Part shown: in pieces, positions 24,911-37,510 of the stretch
Layout: each line of letters begins with the position of its first letter
Numbering within the stretch: position 1 is the stretch's first letter
NCBI GenBank assembly: GCA_002269645.1
Contig: NIVC01001677.1
Coordinates: 124,001 to 188,000, forward strand
DNA length: 64,000 bases
Direction: 5' to 3'
From: Macrostomum lignano
Taxonomy: Eukaryota
Notes under the pieces: generated by a model
Databases searched by the model: none
Seen by the model: only the letters and a program-made list of their open reading frames with translations
Told to the model about the DNA's origin: nothing
Position numbers and translations under genes: made by a program

Positions 24911-26319
24911 TGGCTATGCTTAGACAGTTCAAGAACGGGACTTGTAGAAGAAACATCAAAACGGAACTTAGACACCTTGAAACGGGACTGAGACAACTAA
25001 TTACTAGATCATCAAGCGAGCTCAAAAACTTGACTTTGAATTACCAAAACCTGACTTAAAAGCCCAAGGCAACTTGACTTAGCACACGATGATAAAACGT
25101 GACGGAGGCACCTCAAAGCCTCTGTTGGGGCGCAATTGGCCACTTCAGCAAAAGAGGCAAAAAGGTTGGAATAAGATTGAGGATTTCAGTCTTTCTGTAA
25201 ACCCAAGCAGCAGCAGCAGCCGAGATTTATTTTCGCAAACACCCCCGGTGCACTTGCAGCGTCTCCACCTCTCGTCCATCGCTTACGTAACCGCATAGTT
25301 TGCCAACAAAATCTCCCAAGCCCAGGCAGGCAGCGCGCTACTAAATCTCTCTGCTCCTATCTGCTTTTGCGCCTCTCTTTCCAAACATTGGCTATGAAGG
25401 CAGCTTTAGGGTGGCTGCAGCAGCAGCAGCAGCATTAGCTTAGGCCACCAGCTGTGAAGTCAAGCCCCAGTCGCGGCCACTGCTTGCGAACCCAGCTGCT
25501 AGAGAGCTTAGAAAGCTTAAAGGCCCCCCTCTGGCCCTGATGAGGTCAATCGCCCCCCTCCCCTCCTAGTGACTCCTGCACCGCCCCCTGTCCCAGCCCA
25601 GCCCGGAAGATTTGCAAACAATTTCCGAGAAAGCAAGCGAGGCCGGAACGAATGTGAAAATCTTCAAAAGATTATCCTGAAGTTAATCGCTTCGTTTCTG
25701 CAAGCCTAATCTGATGGTTGGCGCGATTTTTTACTATATGCGAGCTAATTCCTTGGGACGTGTTTTTGTTCATTTTCTGCTTTTGCTAGTTGCCTGATGA
25801 ATGTTATCGAACAAATTTTCCCGAGAGAAACAAACCAAGATATGTCGAATGTGGAAATTAATGGCTTCAGACAAAATAAGAAAACTGGGTCGGGGAGAAG
25901 AGCTCCAGGAGAGTATAAAGAAGAGGAGAGTAGAGTCAAGTAGTGAATTCTAATTTAAACCACTTTAAAGCTCACTTTCAGGGAGGTTATTGACATAGAT
26001 TTTATATTTTGCGGGATTTAATCGATCACTTTCCCGGACATATTGCAAGGATTATTGTATGTACGAGCTTTCTAAATAAGCGAGCTTCTCTCTTCTCTTC
26101 CTTCGTGACTCGGGAAATTTCTTAATGAAATTTTGTCTATGGTAAGAATAGACAACCTCGGCTCTCGGGATTTAACCACATACCGACCTCAAACCCATAG
26201 AATATCTTATTCTTAACTATGTTTGGGCCATAGACAATCAAAATAAGGCAACAAAGAATAAACAGCGAAACAAGTTCATGCCCATTTCCACACTGTGTAC
26301 GTGTCTAAAGCACAGTCAG

Positions 26320-26560
26320 TAACAGGTACAGATAGCAACCACGAGCATCCAACAGACCGCTCACTCGTCGAGGCATTCCCGAACAAGGCGCCGCAGAAAG
26401 TCTTGTGGAAGCTGTTGCCACGCGACTGAAAGCGCATTGCGCAGCTGGACCATGTTCTGGGGGCATAGAGATTGTTGCACCGAATCGTGCGCTTCAGGAA
26501 ATCCCACACGTGCTCAATCGAGTTCAAATCCGGTGATCTGGATGGCCAACGCAGAGTGCG
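26320..26560 (-). pseudogene. Tc1/mariner transposase C-terminal remnant
   Basis: WPSRSPDLNSIEHVWDFLKRTIR, followed after a frameshift by QLRNALSVAWQQLPQDFLRRLV. Flanked by a 16-bp inverted pair TTTGGGCCATAGACAA (~26223) and TTGTCTATGGCCCAAA (~26699). Confidence 0.82.
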
Positions 26561-27740
26561 TTAATCAGTCATTTAGCGGATTATCGTTGTCACCTGCGTC
26601 CAGATGCCTCCAGTAAACCCCTGAACACTCGTTACTGTAACGCTTTTCCCTGTGACACCAGATATCGGTCTTTACACTTTCCTGCCCTTTTTGCTCTTTT
26701 GTCTATGGCCCAAAGCCAATTGGCGAAACCATCGATCGTGCTGCCCATGGACCCTTGGGGCAAGGGTGAACACTTTTAAATGTTGCTGAGTGTTTTGGCT
26801 AAGGGTTTGGGTCACAGACACCGGGCTGCTGCTGCTAATGCCTGAGAGTAGTGGAAGCTACAGTCTATGGTCTGAACCCTGGGGTTTTCGCGCTGTTTGC
26901 GCAAAACTATAATTTGACTGCATCGAAGCCATAATGTCTAAGAAGGGCATAACCGATATAAATGCAACAATCGTGTGTAGCATCCTTCTTCACCTATCTA
27001 TGAGCATAAATCTGTATTTTATGTATGTTTACTGAGAAGCCTGGAATCCATGCTTCAATCTTTTATCAAACAATTAATTATTGCTAAAATTGGTGTTTCT
27101 ACCTCGGTACTTTCACCTCAATATTATTGGCGATGGTTTCAATCTCGGATATCCAAAACATTGATAATTAGGAGGCATCAGCTTAAAAACACATTGGATT
27201 AGTCCGCTGTCGATTATTAGCAACCAATTATTTATTTCTCTTCTCATTCATTGTCCCTCCTTTCTGGCTATCAGCACGCCTCTTCTCACTTCTCTCATTT
27301 CTTACATTGGCTATTTTCTGTTTCGCAGAAACTTGGTATAGGTTTGAATTGAAGAACAAGAGACAACAAGAAGCGAGAGAGATAGATGGACAGGCAGGTA
27401 TGCTAAATTATAAACACCCATCTATATATATGGACTTGCAGGCTGTAAATATAGGGAGATGTAAACACGGGAAGGTACGGAAGGAGAAGGGGTTAGAATC
27501 GAAGTGGAGAGAGAAGGAATTGGGGAGGGAGAGATAAAGGAGAGGCAAGAGAAAAAATAGTAGATAGGTGAGGGGGTTAGTTGGGGGAAGACAGGGGAGG
27601 GGAGATAGGGGAGGGGAGATAGGGAAGGAGAGATAAGGAGAGATAGGGGAGGGGAGATAGGAGGGGAGATAGGAGGGGAGATAGGAGGGGAGATAGGAGG
27701 GGAGATAGGGGAGGGGAGGTAGGTGGGATAGAGAGGGGAG

Positions 27741-28048
27741 CAGGGGCGGATTTAGGGGGGAGGGCGTCAAACAGCTTGACAGAACATAACATATTGCGCC
27801 CCCCAAAAACCTGAGTTTGCGCCCCCTAAACTTGATTTTTCGCCCCAACCAATGCCTTCCTTTTTTGCGCCCCTAAGTTTGGCTTTTCGCCCTTTAAACG
27901 CATTTTTAGCGCCCCTAAGCTTGATTTTTCGCCCCATACACGCATTTTTTGCGCCCCCTAGCTTAAAAATTGGCGCCCTTATACTCGTGTTGGCGCCCCA
28001 AACTTGGACCGCCCCCGCCCCCAAAATGAAACTCTAGATCCGCCACTG
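27741..28048. mobile_element. hAT-type MITE in an AG-rich tract
   Basis: TIRs CAGGGGCGGATTTAG and CTAGATCCGCCACTG (13/15 match); 8-bp TSD GAGGGGAG at 27733-27740 and 28049-28056; internal GCGCCCC repeats. Confidence 0.82.
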
Positions 28049-30144
28049 GAGGGGAGGTAGGTGAGATAGGGAGGGGAGGTAGGGTGAAAAGGAGATCAGA
28101 CGAGGTGTTTTAAGCTCCTCAAGAGTTTATATTTCAAGATGAGAGGGAGGCGACCAACCTGAGGGAGACAGGCGCAGTACAATGAGGCAGACGGGGCGCC
28201 ACTTTCTTTCATAGATCGATATTCTTGGCGCCACCGCTTGCGGCCATCCCCAAGCCCCAAGCGTCGCCTCCTGTGACTCCTGAGTCGCCCAATTCGCATG
28301 CACAGCCTAGCAACTATACTTTCTCGCTGTCTCTCTTCCCTTCTCTCGCACGTTCTATTCTCCCATCTATCTACTCACCCAATCCCCTTCTTCCCCCCCC
28401 CGTCCCAATCCGCCCAGAGAGTTTTTTCTTGCATTTGAGTCAAGAGTGGCTGCATTGGGGGTGGGGGCTGGGGGCCTTCTCTAAGTCCTTCAGCCTGTAT
28501 ACGGGGACCCCAAGGCCCGGCCCTGAGTCCGGCACTCCAGACTCCAGCGTCCCTCTCGTCCCTTTTCTCCTCCCCCCCCCCCCAGGGGACAGAGTTGGGC
28601 GTTGGGGTGGGGGGTTTAGCTGCATTCGGATCCCGTCGTCGTCGGTCCCAGGAGCGAAAGCGACCGTAATTGGGATTTGGGGTGTCGGCTTCGGCAGACG
28701 GGCAGTTGAGGGGTGGGAGGTGCGAGAGTTTGTGGGATGTGAGAGTGGGAGAATTATGAGAACGCCTCAACTTCGAACCTGCGGAGACCAATTTTTTTTC
28801 TATGGGAGACAGCGAGTCACCATGGCGGCAGTCAGGCAGGCAAACGTGAGGTTCCGTTGCTCAGAAATTCAGATATTTGCCCTGCTCAGCGGCTCTGAGA
28901 AGCGTCGAGAATCGAGAATAAGATTGGATTGGACACGAAGTGACAAGGGGGTGGGTGAGCAATATTACTTGAATCTAGGCCTGCTTATCAATCCGTGATT
29001 TAATCAGACGCAGCCACTTCTTTCGACTTTATGGCTATAATAATCATAACGGAGCATTTTCGCGCTCAAATAAAAAAGTGCATTCATAACCGACTAAGCA
29101 AGAAAAAAATTAGGGACGGAAACCCAGTCTGAAGATTCTTCATCTTTGCTTTAGATTGGGGCGTTTTTTGAAACTTTTGAATACTTCTCAACCAGTTCCA
29201 CTGGAAATAGTTTTCCATGCTCAGCCTCAGTGTCTGCGACGTTTTTCGCCGGCGCGGAAGTGCTTGCCCATCTGTCTCATAATTCTCCTAATTCGAATGC
29301 TGTCCCGTTTCATTCTTTCTTATATCTTTCAGATCTTTTTCTTCCTTCTAATCTGTGCTTTTTCTTGCTCACTTCCATCTGCGCTACTTCGCTACAAATG
29401 CGCCCCTTGCATGCGCAGTTTTCTCATAGCTAGTTCAAACTCAAGCATTCATATGCGTGCGTATTAATGACCGCTCACCCGTGAAACGCTCTGCATGTCA
29501 ACAGCTCCTTTCCTGTCCTCACCCCCCGTTATTTCCTTCACAACCTGCAGTCGTGCAGCACTTGCCCATACCTGGCCTGCAATGCACTTGGGCTAACTGC
29601 CGGTCATGCTTAATCCGCCTTCGCCCACGTCAAGCATGTCTCTCTCTGCCCTCGCACTGTACAATTGATGTACTTTCAAACTATAGAGTCACTCTATTTG
29701 CTTCACACAAACTTCTGATTATTCTGTTCCATCATCGTCCAGTTCAACTCAAGCGGATGGATTTGCAGAATGTTTTTGGGTTTTTGGGAATATATGAGAT
29801 TGAAATTGAATGTATAGGCGCATTCATAAATAAAATATTAATTCCAGTCAGAAAGAAATACTATTAATTTCTTTGTCATAGTTTTGCGGGTAGGCATTTT
29901 TCTATGAAAAAAAACTGACTGTATGACTCAAGCCATGCTGCTGGTCACCCTGTATAGATTTACTAACTTGCAATTTGAGCATATACTAGTATTTTGAATA
30001 CTCAATTTTCTAGAACAGACACCTATAGATGAGCAACAAGGTTACACTTTAAATTTCCCAACAGAGTTCAATAGTTAATACATGTATAAATATGTTCTCA
30101 GATAGTGAAACCAGGTGCTCGTTTACTCAAGATTTACCAAGTTT

Positions 30145-30580
30145 GCTCAAGATTTGCAGCCAGGTACAGTGTACATGCATGCTCAAGATTTGCAACCAGG
30201 TACAGTGTACATGCATGCTCAAGATTTGCAACAAGGTACAGTGTACATGCATGCTCAAGATTTGCAACCAGGTACAGTGTACATGCATGCTCAAGATTTG
30301 CAACCAGGTACAGTGTACATGCATGCTCAAGATTTGCAACCAGGTACAGTGTACATGCATGCTCAAGATTTGCAACCAGGTACAGTGTACATGCATGCTC
30401 AAGATTTGCAACCAGGTACAGTGTACATGCATGCTCAAGATTTGCAACCAGGTACAGTGTACATGTATGCTCAAGATTTGCAACCAGGCACAGTGTACAT
30501 GTATGCTCAAGATTTGCAACCAGGTACAGTGTACATGTATGCTCAAGATTTGCAACCAGGTACAGTGTACATGTATTCTT
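30145..30580. repeat. 36-bp minisatellite, about 12 copies
   Basis: Unit GCTCAAGATTTGCAACCAGGTACAGTGTACATGCAT. It is open in several frames, so there is no evidence it is coding. Confidence 0.96.
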
Positions 30581-33500
30581 AAGATTTTCAGTTCCGGGAA
30601 TTAAAAAACAGACAAAAAAGAAGCCAAGCGATTTAAATTTTACAATGCGATCAGCGTGCGACTTTCTCTAAAAGTTCAGCCAAAATCTGTAACTAGGGTG
30701 TGCTGGACAATGCTTACTGTTTCTGTTTTACTTTCGGACTTTGTACACCGGAAAATTTCACACTGAGGACGATTACACAACTTTTTTGACTGACGACAGC
30801 TTTTGAAGTTCGGGTTATAAAAGTACACTGCGCCGTATTTACAAGGAATACAATAGAAGCTAGCAAGCTTGGGTTTTAAATTATAACTAGAAAAAATCTG
30901 ACACAACAAACGTTATTGCACTGATTAAACGTGTATGAAAAAGCATAATAGAAGCATTTTTTAAACGCGCGTCAGCTATATAGTTACGTAAATCGATTTT
31001 TAACCATGAAAATGAGGGCATAATCTCTTTCTTGATGGGCGCCAATTTAGTCAATATCGTTCTCAAATCATGATTGCAAAAAATATACTTGACTAAAAGT
31101 AACTACCCCACAAAATTATTAATAAGCAAGCGAAAACGGGTCAATTGTAGGCGCTGGTAGAGCGAGAGAAAACACTAGAGCATCAAAGCTTAAGGAACAG
31201 TCTTAAAATATTTAGTATATACCGGTATTACACGAAGTACTGCAATATAGAGATCGAAAATTTAAGCAATTCACCTACGTAGAAAAGTACTATCGAAACC
31301 GATATGTATGGAAAATAACTTTACCAACAGTTGATGGTATTGCTCACGCCAACACGCAGCAAATAGTGTGTGAGTCACCACTGTCCGTAAGACGCTAGCT
31401 GTGTGTTAGTTGGGTGAAACTGCGCAACACGAAACAGGTCTGGGTCTTTCTGCTCGATTCTAGTTACAATGACTATGACTATTGTATCTAATAAGAAAGG
31501 TATTAAGACGCGCGCCCAAAAATATGAATCCGATTTCTCTGGCCATGCGTATCAAATAGACAAAGAAGAAAAGGTGGACTGACTGAATTCGGTTTTTCAG
31601 TTCCTGTGAGCGCGTGCGTGTGTGGGCGCTTCGTCGTTCATGCTTTTAGCAGCTGTTGTCGGTTTTAGGCTATAGCTCTGAAGTTTGCAGTTCCTGCTTG
31701 CGTATTACAAAGCAAGGCCGGCTCGTGCCATTGCTTGGCCCGTTGGGCTTGGGTTTAGGTCGCCCCCTTCCCCCTATTGGCAGTGGATCGACTGACTGGA
31801 TGGCTCTGATTGCGTAATCAAGTATTAAGGTGGTAATTTTCCTGTCAATCGAGGGGGACAGGCGCACCCCAGGCCTCTCTCTCTCTCTCTGCCAGATTGG
31901 TTAATTCTCCCCATCCCTCTCTCTCCGTCCTCTCCACTCCTCGCCAGCTTCCCAATTTTAATATTGAAGGCAGAAGCGGGCGCTTGTTAAGGCAATGAGA
32001 TTGTCAGGGGGACAATGGGAACGGGGGAAGCCTATAGAAGCGAAAGAGAGTGGGGGAGAACAGTAAAGGAAAAAATAGGGGGAATAGAGTAGACCAGAAA
32101 GGAAATGTCTCGGATGACTCATTTCTTCCCTCACTGGCAGTTGTCTTCTCCTGCCTAAACTTGTCTCCCCAGTCCCCATTTATACCAACGACGAACCCCA
32201 AAATCAGCTTTTCCCTCTGTCTTCTTTCTTTCTCTGGCCAAATGCAAGCACACAGATGTTGACTTCTTTCGAGATTCGATGCCTGACTTTTCCTTGGGTT
32301 CCCGTGTCTTTAGTGATTGGGCGAAAAAATCACCTTTATTTATTCGGAATCCAGCAACGATGGAAACTGAAGAGGCATGCAGGTGACAGAGGAACAGAAC
32401 CGCGCATGGGACACAAACTTTCTGTACATAGCGCAGATGCAGATCTGGATTCGTCATCGCTGTGTAATATGACTCTTCCCGTCCCCAAATCACCTGGAAT
32501 TATCCCGAAATCTGGGGGGGGGGGCATAAAAATTCCTATACGATTGGGGTTCCCTCTAGCAAGTCAGAGGCCTGCCTTTTCAACAGTCATAACTTTTTTA
32601 CTACTCTTATTAATAAGATGGTGCCGCATTTTCCTGCAAAACTTGCGCGACACGATCGTTTGATGCGCAGTTTTTGGGACAGTTTAAACAAATCAAGATT
32701 CTTTTTTCAGCCCGAAATCTCCCACCAAACGTCTGTCTGCTTCTTCCGCCGCTCAAGAAGCTTAAACCTATGCTGCAGAAGCAAAACAGAGGCAAAGTCT
32801 GCTCTCTACTTCAATCTTGATTCTTGATCCTTAATTTTATTCCGAATGCCAATTGCTTTGCTACTCAAGTGGGAGCTGAGAGGAGAGGAGAGTTCAACTA
32901 AGGACAGACTGGAAAATTTTGTTTATAAATGTTTGGACCTGGACTAAATTAGGAAAAGTTTTGATCGTGCAAGGGGTGTGGGAAATGTAGAAATGGAAAA
33001 GCTACATTATCATGACAGGCTCATAAGTATCTTTTTTATGCGATTTTTCAAACCATCCCGGTGCAGTAGAAACCCTTAAACACCTGGGTTCGGGTTTTTT
33101 GTCTTCCTTCAAGCTTTAGTGATCTCTTCCAAGGTTCCTGGCTATCTCTGGACTGGATCCAGCAGAAAAAAACTAAAACCGTTCAGAACCTGACTCAAGC
33201 AGCTTCAGGGCTTCTGCTCCTAGGTGACTCACTCACCTCATTCTGCCACACCAAAGTTTAGCCTGCATGGGGGTCCCTTCCAATAGCCCAAAAACTGGAG
33301 CACAAAGCCGGTCCCTGTTTAGTAGTTATTAGTTAATATAGAACAATACTGTCTGTACTGCTGTACTGTGAGAATGCTTGTAGAGTAAGTGAACTGACTC
33401 AGACAAAGATGAGTTTCTGTCCTGCATAAAAAACTCAGAAAAGCCCCTCGCGGCCCTCCTACACATACAGCTACTGGCTACATGCATCCAAATTCATGAG

Positions 33501-33921
33501 AAACACGCAGAAACATGAAATTATCAGCATGACTTGGTCGTTGGCGGCTGTTGCTGCTGCAATTGCTTAGTCACAAGGAAAAACTGGAATTTTAAACTTG
33601 TTAAAACGGTACATAAAGTTGTTTATGCACAAAAAATAATTTTCAAATGCTCAATCATCCATCCAACGACCATTTCTGCTGATAGATGATTTGTATAAAC
33701 AAAGACATTGAGCTCTCATGCTCATATTAAACTCTAAGGAGGTCGGAAGTGGCAAAGCTCGAGCAGGCATTGCTGACAAGAAAATATAATAGGACTTACA
33801 AAATCAACCAATTAAGCAGCGGGAACTGTGAATTCATATAGATTCACAAACGATCGTCAACGAGCAAACGATGGGTCTAAATTCACCGAGTTAGGCGTCT
33901 CTCTCTAGTCGAGCTCGACAA

Positions 33922-35088
33922 TCACCGATGCTGGTAGTCGCTCCTGGCGATGCTGTGATTCGGGCTAGGCGGCTCCGACAGGCCCAGATCCCTCGGTCCC
34001 GGATGGTGCATCAGCTCGCGCTGCTTCCGCGCCTGTATGCTGCCCAATGTCAGGTAGCCATTGGTGTGCACTTGGCCGTGGTGGATCACTCGAGGACGTC
34101 GGGGCATTGTTGCCTGAGCGGCCAGAGAGTGCGCCTTCTCCTGCATGTGATAGTGATGCTGGTGATGATGCTGACCGCCTGGGAAGTCCATCAACGAGGA
34201 GGCCGTTCGCGGAATGCTGTTGCCGTTCTTGCCAACTCCGGTGACTACGCCGCCGACGTCGCCGTGAACTTCTTCCATGGCTGCTGCACGGGCGGCGGCT
34301 TCGTCGGCGCGTCGTCTCTTAGTTCGACAGACGATGAGCAAAGCGGTGGCCAAGCTGAGGCAGAGCACGCCGAGGAAAGCAACGGCAGCGAGCGGCCAGG
34401 CGAAGTCTAAGCCACTGCCGCCGCCAGCCTGACTCACGCCGCCAGAGCCGCAGGCGCATGGTACATTTGACGAGGACGAAGATGGAGCTACAGGCGCCGG
34501 AGGCTTCGGCGGCGGCGGTGGCGGCGGGCGAGGCAAATAGCGCTCCTTGACGCACATGATAATGGTTGGCTGTTTACTCTGGCCGACAATGTCCATGCTA
34601 TCGGAGTTCTGCATCGCAAGTATCATTTTGTCGTCGCCAAGTTCAATTAGCTGCTTCTGCCTGGACTGTTGCTTGCTGGCAAGGAAGAACTGACCAGTCT
34701 CCACCGACCACTGTCGAATCTTCTGGAAATCGTTTCCATTATCACCGGATCTAATCACCTCCTTTGTGACGCCGACCTTTCTGAAGTCGGGATTTTTTAA
34801 TATGAACTGTTGAAATAGTTCGCCTGCCAGGTCCTGCAAGCGAGGTAGGCGTGTTTGCGTGCTGGCGCATTTTTCCTCGGCCTCGTTGTATTGTTCGTTG
34901 ATCTGCACCAGACGTACAGGATCGAATGCCTTGTATCGGAAGGTGTACTGCGTATAATTATCAAATGGCGAGGTGGCCCACTGGCCCAGACTAGACCAGG
35001 TGGCCAGTACAGAGCCTGTTGTTGTTGTAGGGCGCCACATCAATAATAGAGCCACAATCGACCAGCAGTGGCTCCGTAGATACAGCAT
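33922..35088 (-). CDS. Single-exon type I membrane protein with a C-type-lectin-like ectodomain
   Basis: Signal peptide from MLYLRSHCWSIVALLLMW, then YNEAEEKCASTQTRLPRL...IMCVKE, a Pro-rich stalk, a TM helix (WPLAAVAFLGVLCLSLATALLIVC) followed by RTKRRR, and a His-rich tail with YLTL. The lectin-fold call is tentative. Confidence 0.75.
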   Translation of the reverse strand: MLYLRSHCWSIVALLLMWRPTTTTGSVLATWSSLGQWATSPFDNYTQYTFRYKAFDPVRLVQINEQYNEAEEKCASTQTRLPRLQDLAGELFQQFILKNPDFRKVGVTKEVIRSGDNGNDFQKIRQWSVETGQFFLASKQQSRQKQLIELGDDKMILAMQNSDSMDIVGQSKQPTIIMCVKERYLPRPPPPPPPKPPAPVAPSSSSSNVPCACGSGGVSQAGGGSGLDFAWPLAAVAFLGVLCLSLATALLIVCRTKRRRADEAAARAAAMEEVHGDVGGVVTGVGKNGNSIPRTASSLMDFPGGQHHHQHHYHMQEKAHSLAAQATMPRRPRVIHHGQVHTNGYLTLGSIQARKQRELMHHPGPRDLGLSEPPSPNHSIARSDYQHR

Positions 35089-37041
35089 GTTAGTTTTTCT
35101 CTTGTTGAATCGGAAGTCTAAACACAGGACTGATACAGTGATAGCTCTGGGTGTTAAACTAATGGCCTGTGCCACTCGCCCTGCTTGCAGTTTGTTGTTT
35201 TAACGGCTCACACGCAGAATGAGTCAGTATGAGGGAGGCAGTAGCCGTTGGCTAACAAGGGCAATATAGGAGGGTTGAGTTAGTTCCCTTTGAATGCTTT
35301 TGATGGATAGATGAGGAATAGAAAGGGAAGGCCCTCCTCTAAATGCACGCAAGGAAAAGAGGAGGGGAACCAAGCAGCAACCCCTTCCGCTCCGTTCACC
35401 TCCCTCTGAAATGGGCCTTCTCCCTGTCCTCTCTGTCCCGTCCTTTCTCAAGTCTGTGTTTCATTCGCTCGGGCCTTCCGCCAATCCAAGCTAAATTGCG
35501 CAGTGGCAGTTCAGTTCAGTGGGAGGGGTTGCTTTGTTATGCCCCCACCCACCCTACCCTCGACCGGGCAGGCGTCAAAACCACCCACCACCCCAATCCG
35601 GGGCGCCGCTCCAGTTTCTCTCTCCCGCGCAGTCCCCGATTAGTCACGTGGTTTTCACTTTGTGAAACGAAAAGGGTTAAGGGATTAAGAGACCCTCAAT
35701 TTGCCCCAATTTTCCTTGTTATGTGGTATGTGAACTCAGCTAGGAGGTGTACAGTAGTCTGTAAAGGCCAACCCAACCACCTCTATCTTGAATCTAGATT
35801 CTAGTATCTAGATCGTTTCTTTCCTCTTCTGAGCAAATCGTTCAGCTACCCTGCCAGAAATTATTCCCACTCTCATTCTCACACAAAGAATCCAGTTATA
35901 CGTGCCCGTGCTTGTGCTTGTGGCTCACTATTTTTACAACCAACACATTTTATTATATGATGTTGTAATGTCGACATTTTTACACATTTAACGGTGCCTT
36001 TAGGCTGCGCTATACTCGTATCAGTCCAACTACGAGCTAATTATCGACTTGGAAGTTTAGCGCTAAGATCCTAAGCTGCGCTCTCGTACAACATTAGTCA
36101 AAAGTCTCAAGCGCTAATTGCCTAAATACGAGCTTAGGCTAATTATCATCACGATAATTGAGCTTAGAAATTCAGAAGCCCCTTTCTCTTGGACTAATTT
36201 CACTGATTAAACAATTACAAGAACAAATTAAATTTATTTGTAGCTCGCGCCTAGTGTGCGAAAGGCAAGGCTGAAGGCTGCCTGCCCCCTCTTTGTACCC
36301 CCCCTCGTGTGCCCTCCTTTCTCTCAGCTCAGCCTATTTTGCCGAATATTGAATGTCACGCAAACTTCTGCCAATTTTCTCACGACGAGACCTCAAAGAA
36401 GGCCGGGTTTTTCAAGAAGATAGTCACAGAACGTCAGAAGTGACGGTTAGTTCAAAGCCCACTGAGGCTTGGGAATAAGATGCTGTTCAAATTTCACATG
36501 CCTGGCTAAGACTTACATGCGGATTGTTCAGTTCACGCACTTTCTGCTTCTGCTGCCTTTCATCTAAATGAATGAAGCCCTAAAACTAAAATAGCAAACA
36601 GGCACAGTTGTTATAAACTTTGCGTGCGTTAGTAGTACCTTTCGAATACTGCTGCTTTAATTAAATTAGGATGACTAATTAGTCTAGTTCAAGCGCGAAA
36701 TTCGCATTTATAGTGTTTTTTTGAATTTCCAACTACATGTAAGCACATCTATGATGCTAGCTAACATAGTTAAAGTGAATACTCCAGTTTATATGATCGC
36801 AGTTTCTCCCCTAAACTCATTGGCTAAGATTTGAGTAGGGAGGAAGCCAGCAGGGGAGGGGTTTTGGCTCTCCATCCCTATTTCCCGTCTCCTATGACCA
36901 AGCAAGAAATCGAATTCATCATTCACTTCGAGCTTTCGAAGACCAATTGGATTACAGTTTATACAGTATCGCCCGTGGTTTCTATATACTCTCCTTTCAT
37001 TTTCTATTCATTGTTTTTGTGGGAGTTCTGACTCTCCCTGC

Positions 37042-37510
37042 AGACACCCATTTGCCTCTCCCTGACACCCATTTGCCTCTCCCTGACACCCATTTGCCTC
37101 TCCCTGACACCCATTTGCCTCTCCCTGACACCCATTGCCTCTCCCTGACACCCATTTGCCTCTCCCTAACACCCATTGCCTCTCCCTGACACCCATTTGC
37201 CTCTCCCTGACACCCATTTGCCTCTCCCTGACACCCATTGCCTCTCCCTGACACCCATTTGCCTCTCCCTGACACCCATTGCCTCTCCCTGACACCATTG
37301 CCTCTCCCTGACACCCATTGCCTCTCCCCGACACCCATTGCCTCTCCCCGACACCCATTTGCCTCTCCCTGACACCCATTTGCCTCTCCCTGACACCCAT
37401 TTGCCTCTCCCTGACACCCATTTGCTTCTCCCCGACACCCATTGCCTCTCCCCGACACCCATTTGCCTCTCCCTGACACCCATTTGCCTCTCCCCGACAC
37501 CCATTGCCTC
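37042..37510. repeat. 21-bp (20-bp variants) minisatellite
   Basis: Unit GACACCCATTTGCCTCTCCCT. Confidence 0.95.

Noticed and set aside
28100-29870. 257-aa ORF and stop-ridden minus-strand protein-like text
   Set aside because: Low-complexity GC-rich sequence. It may be decayed TE coding DNA, but no motif was recognisable.
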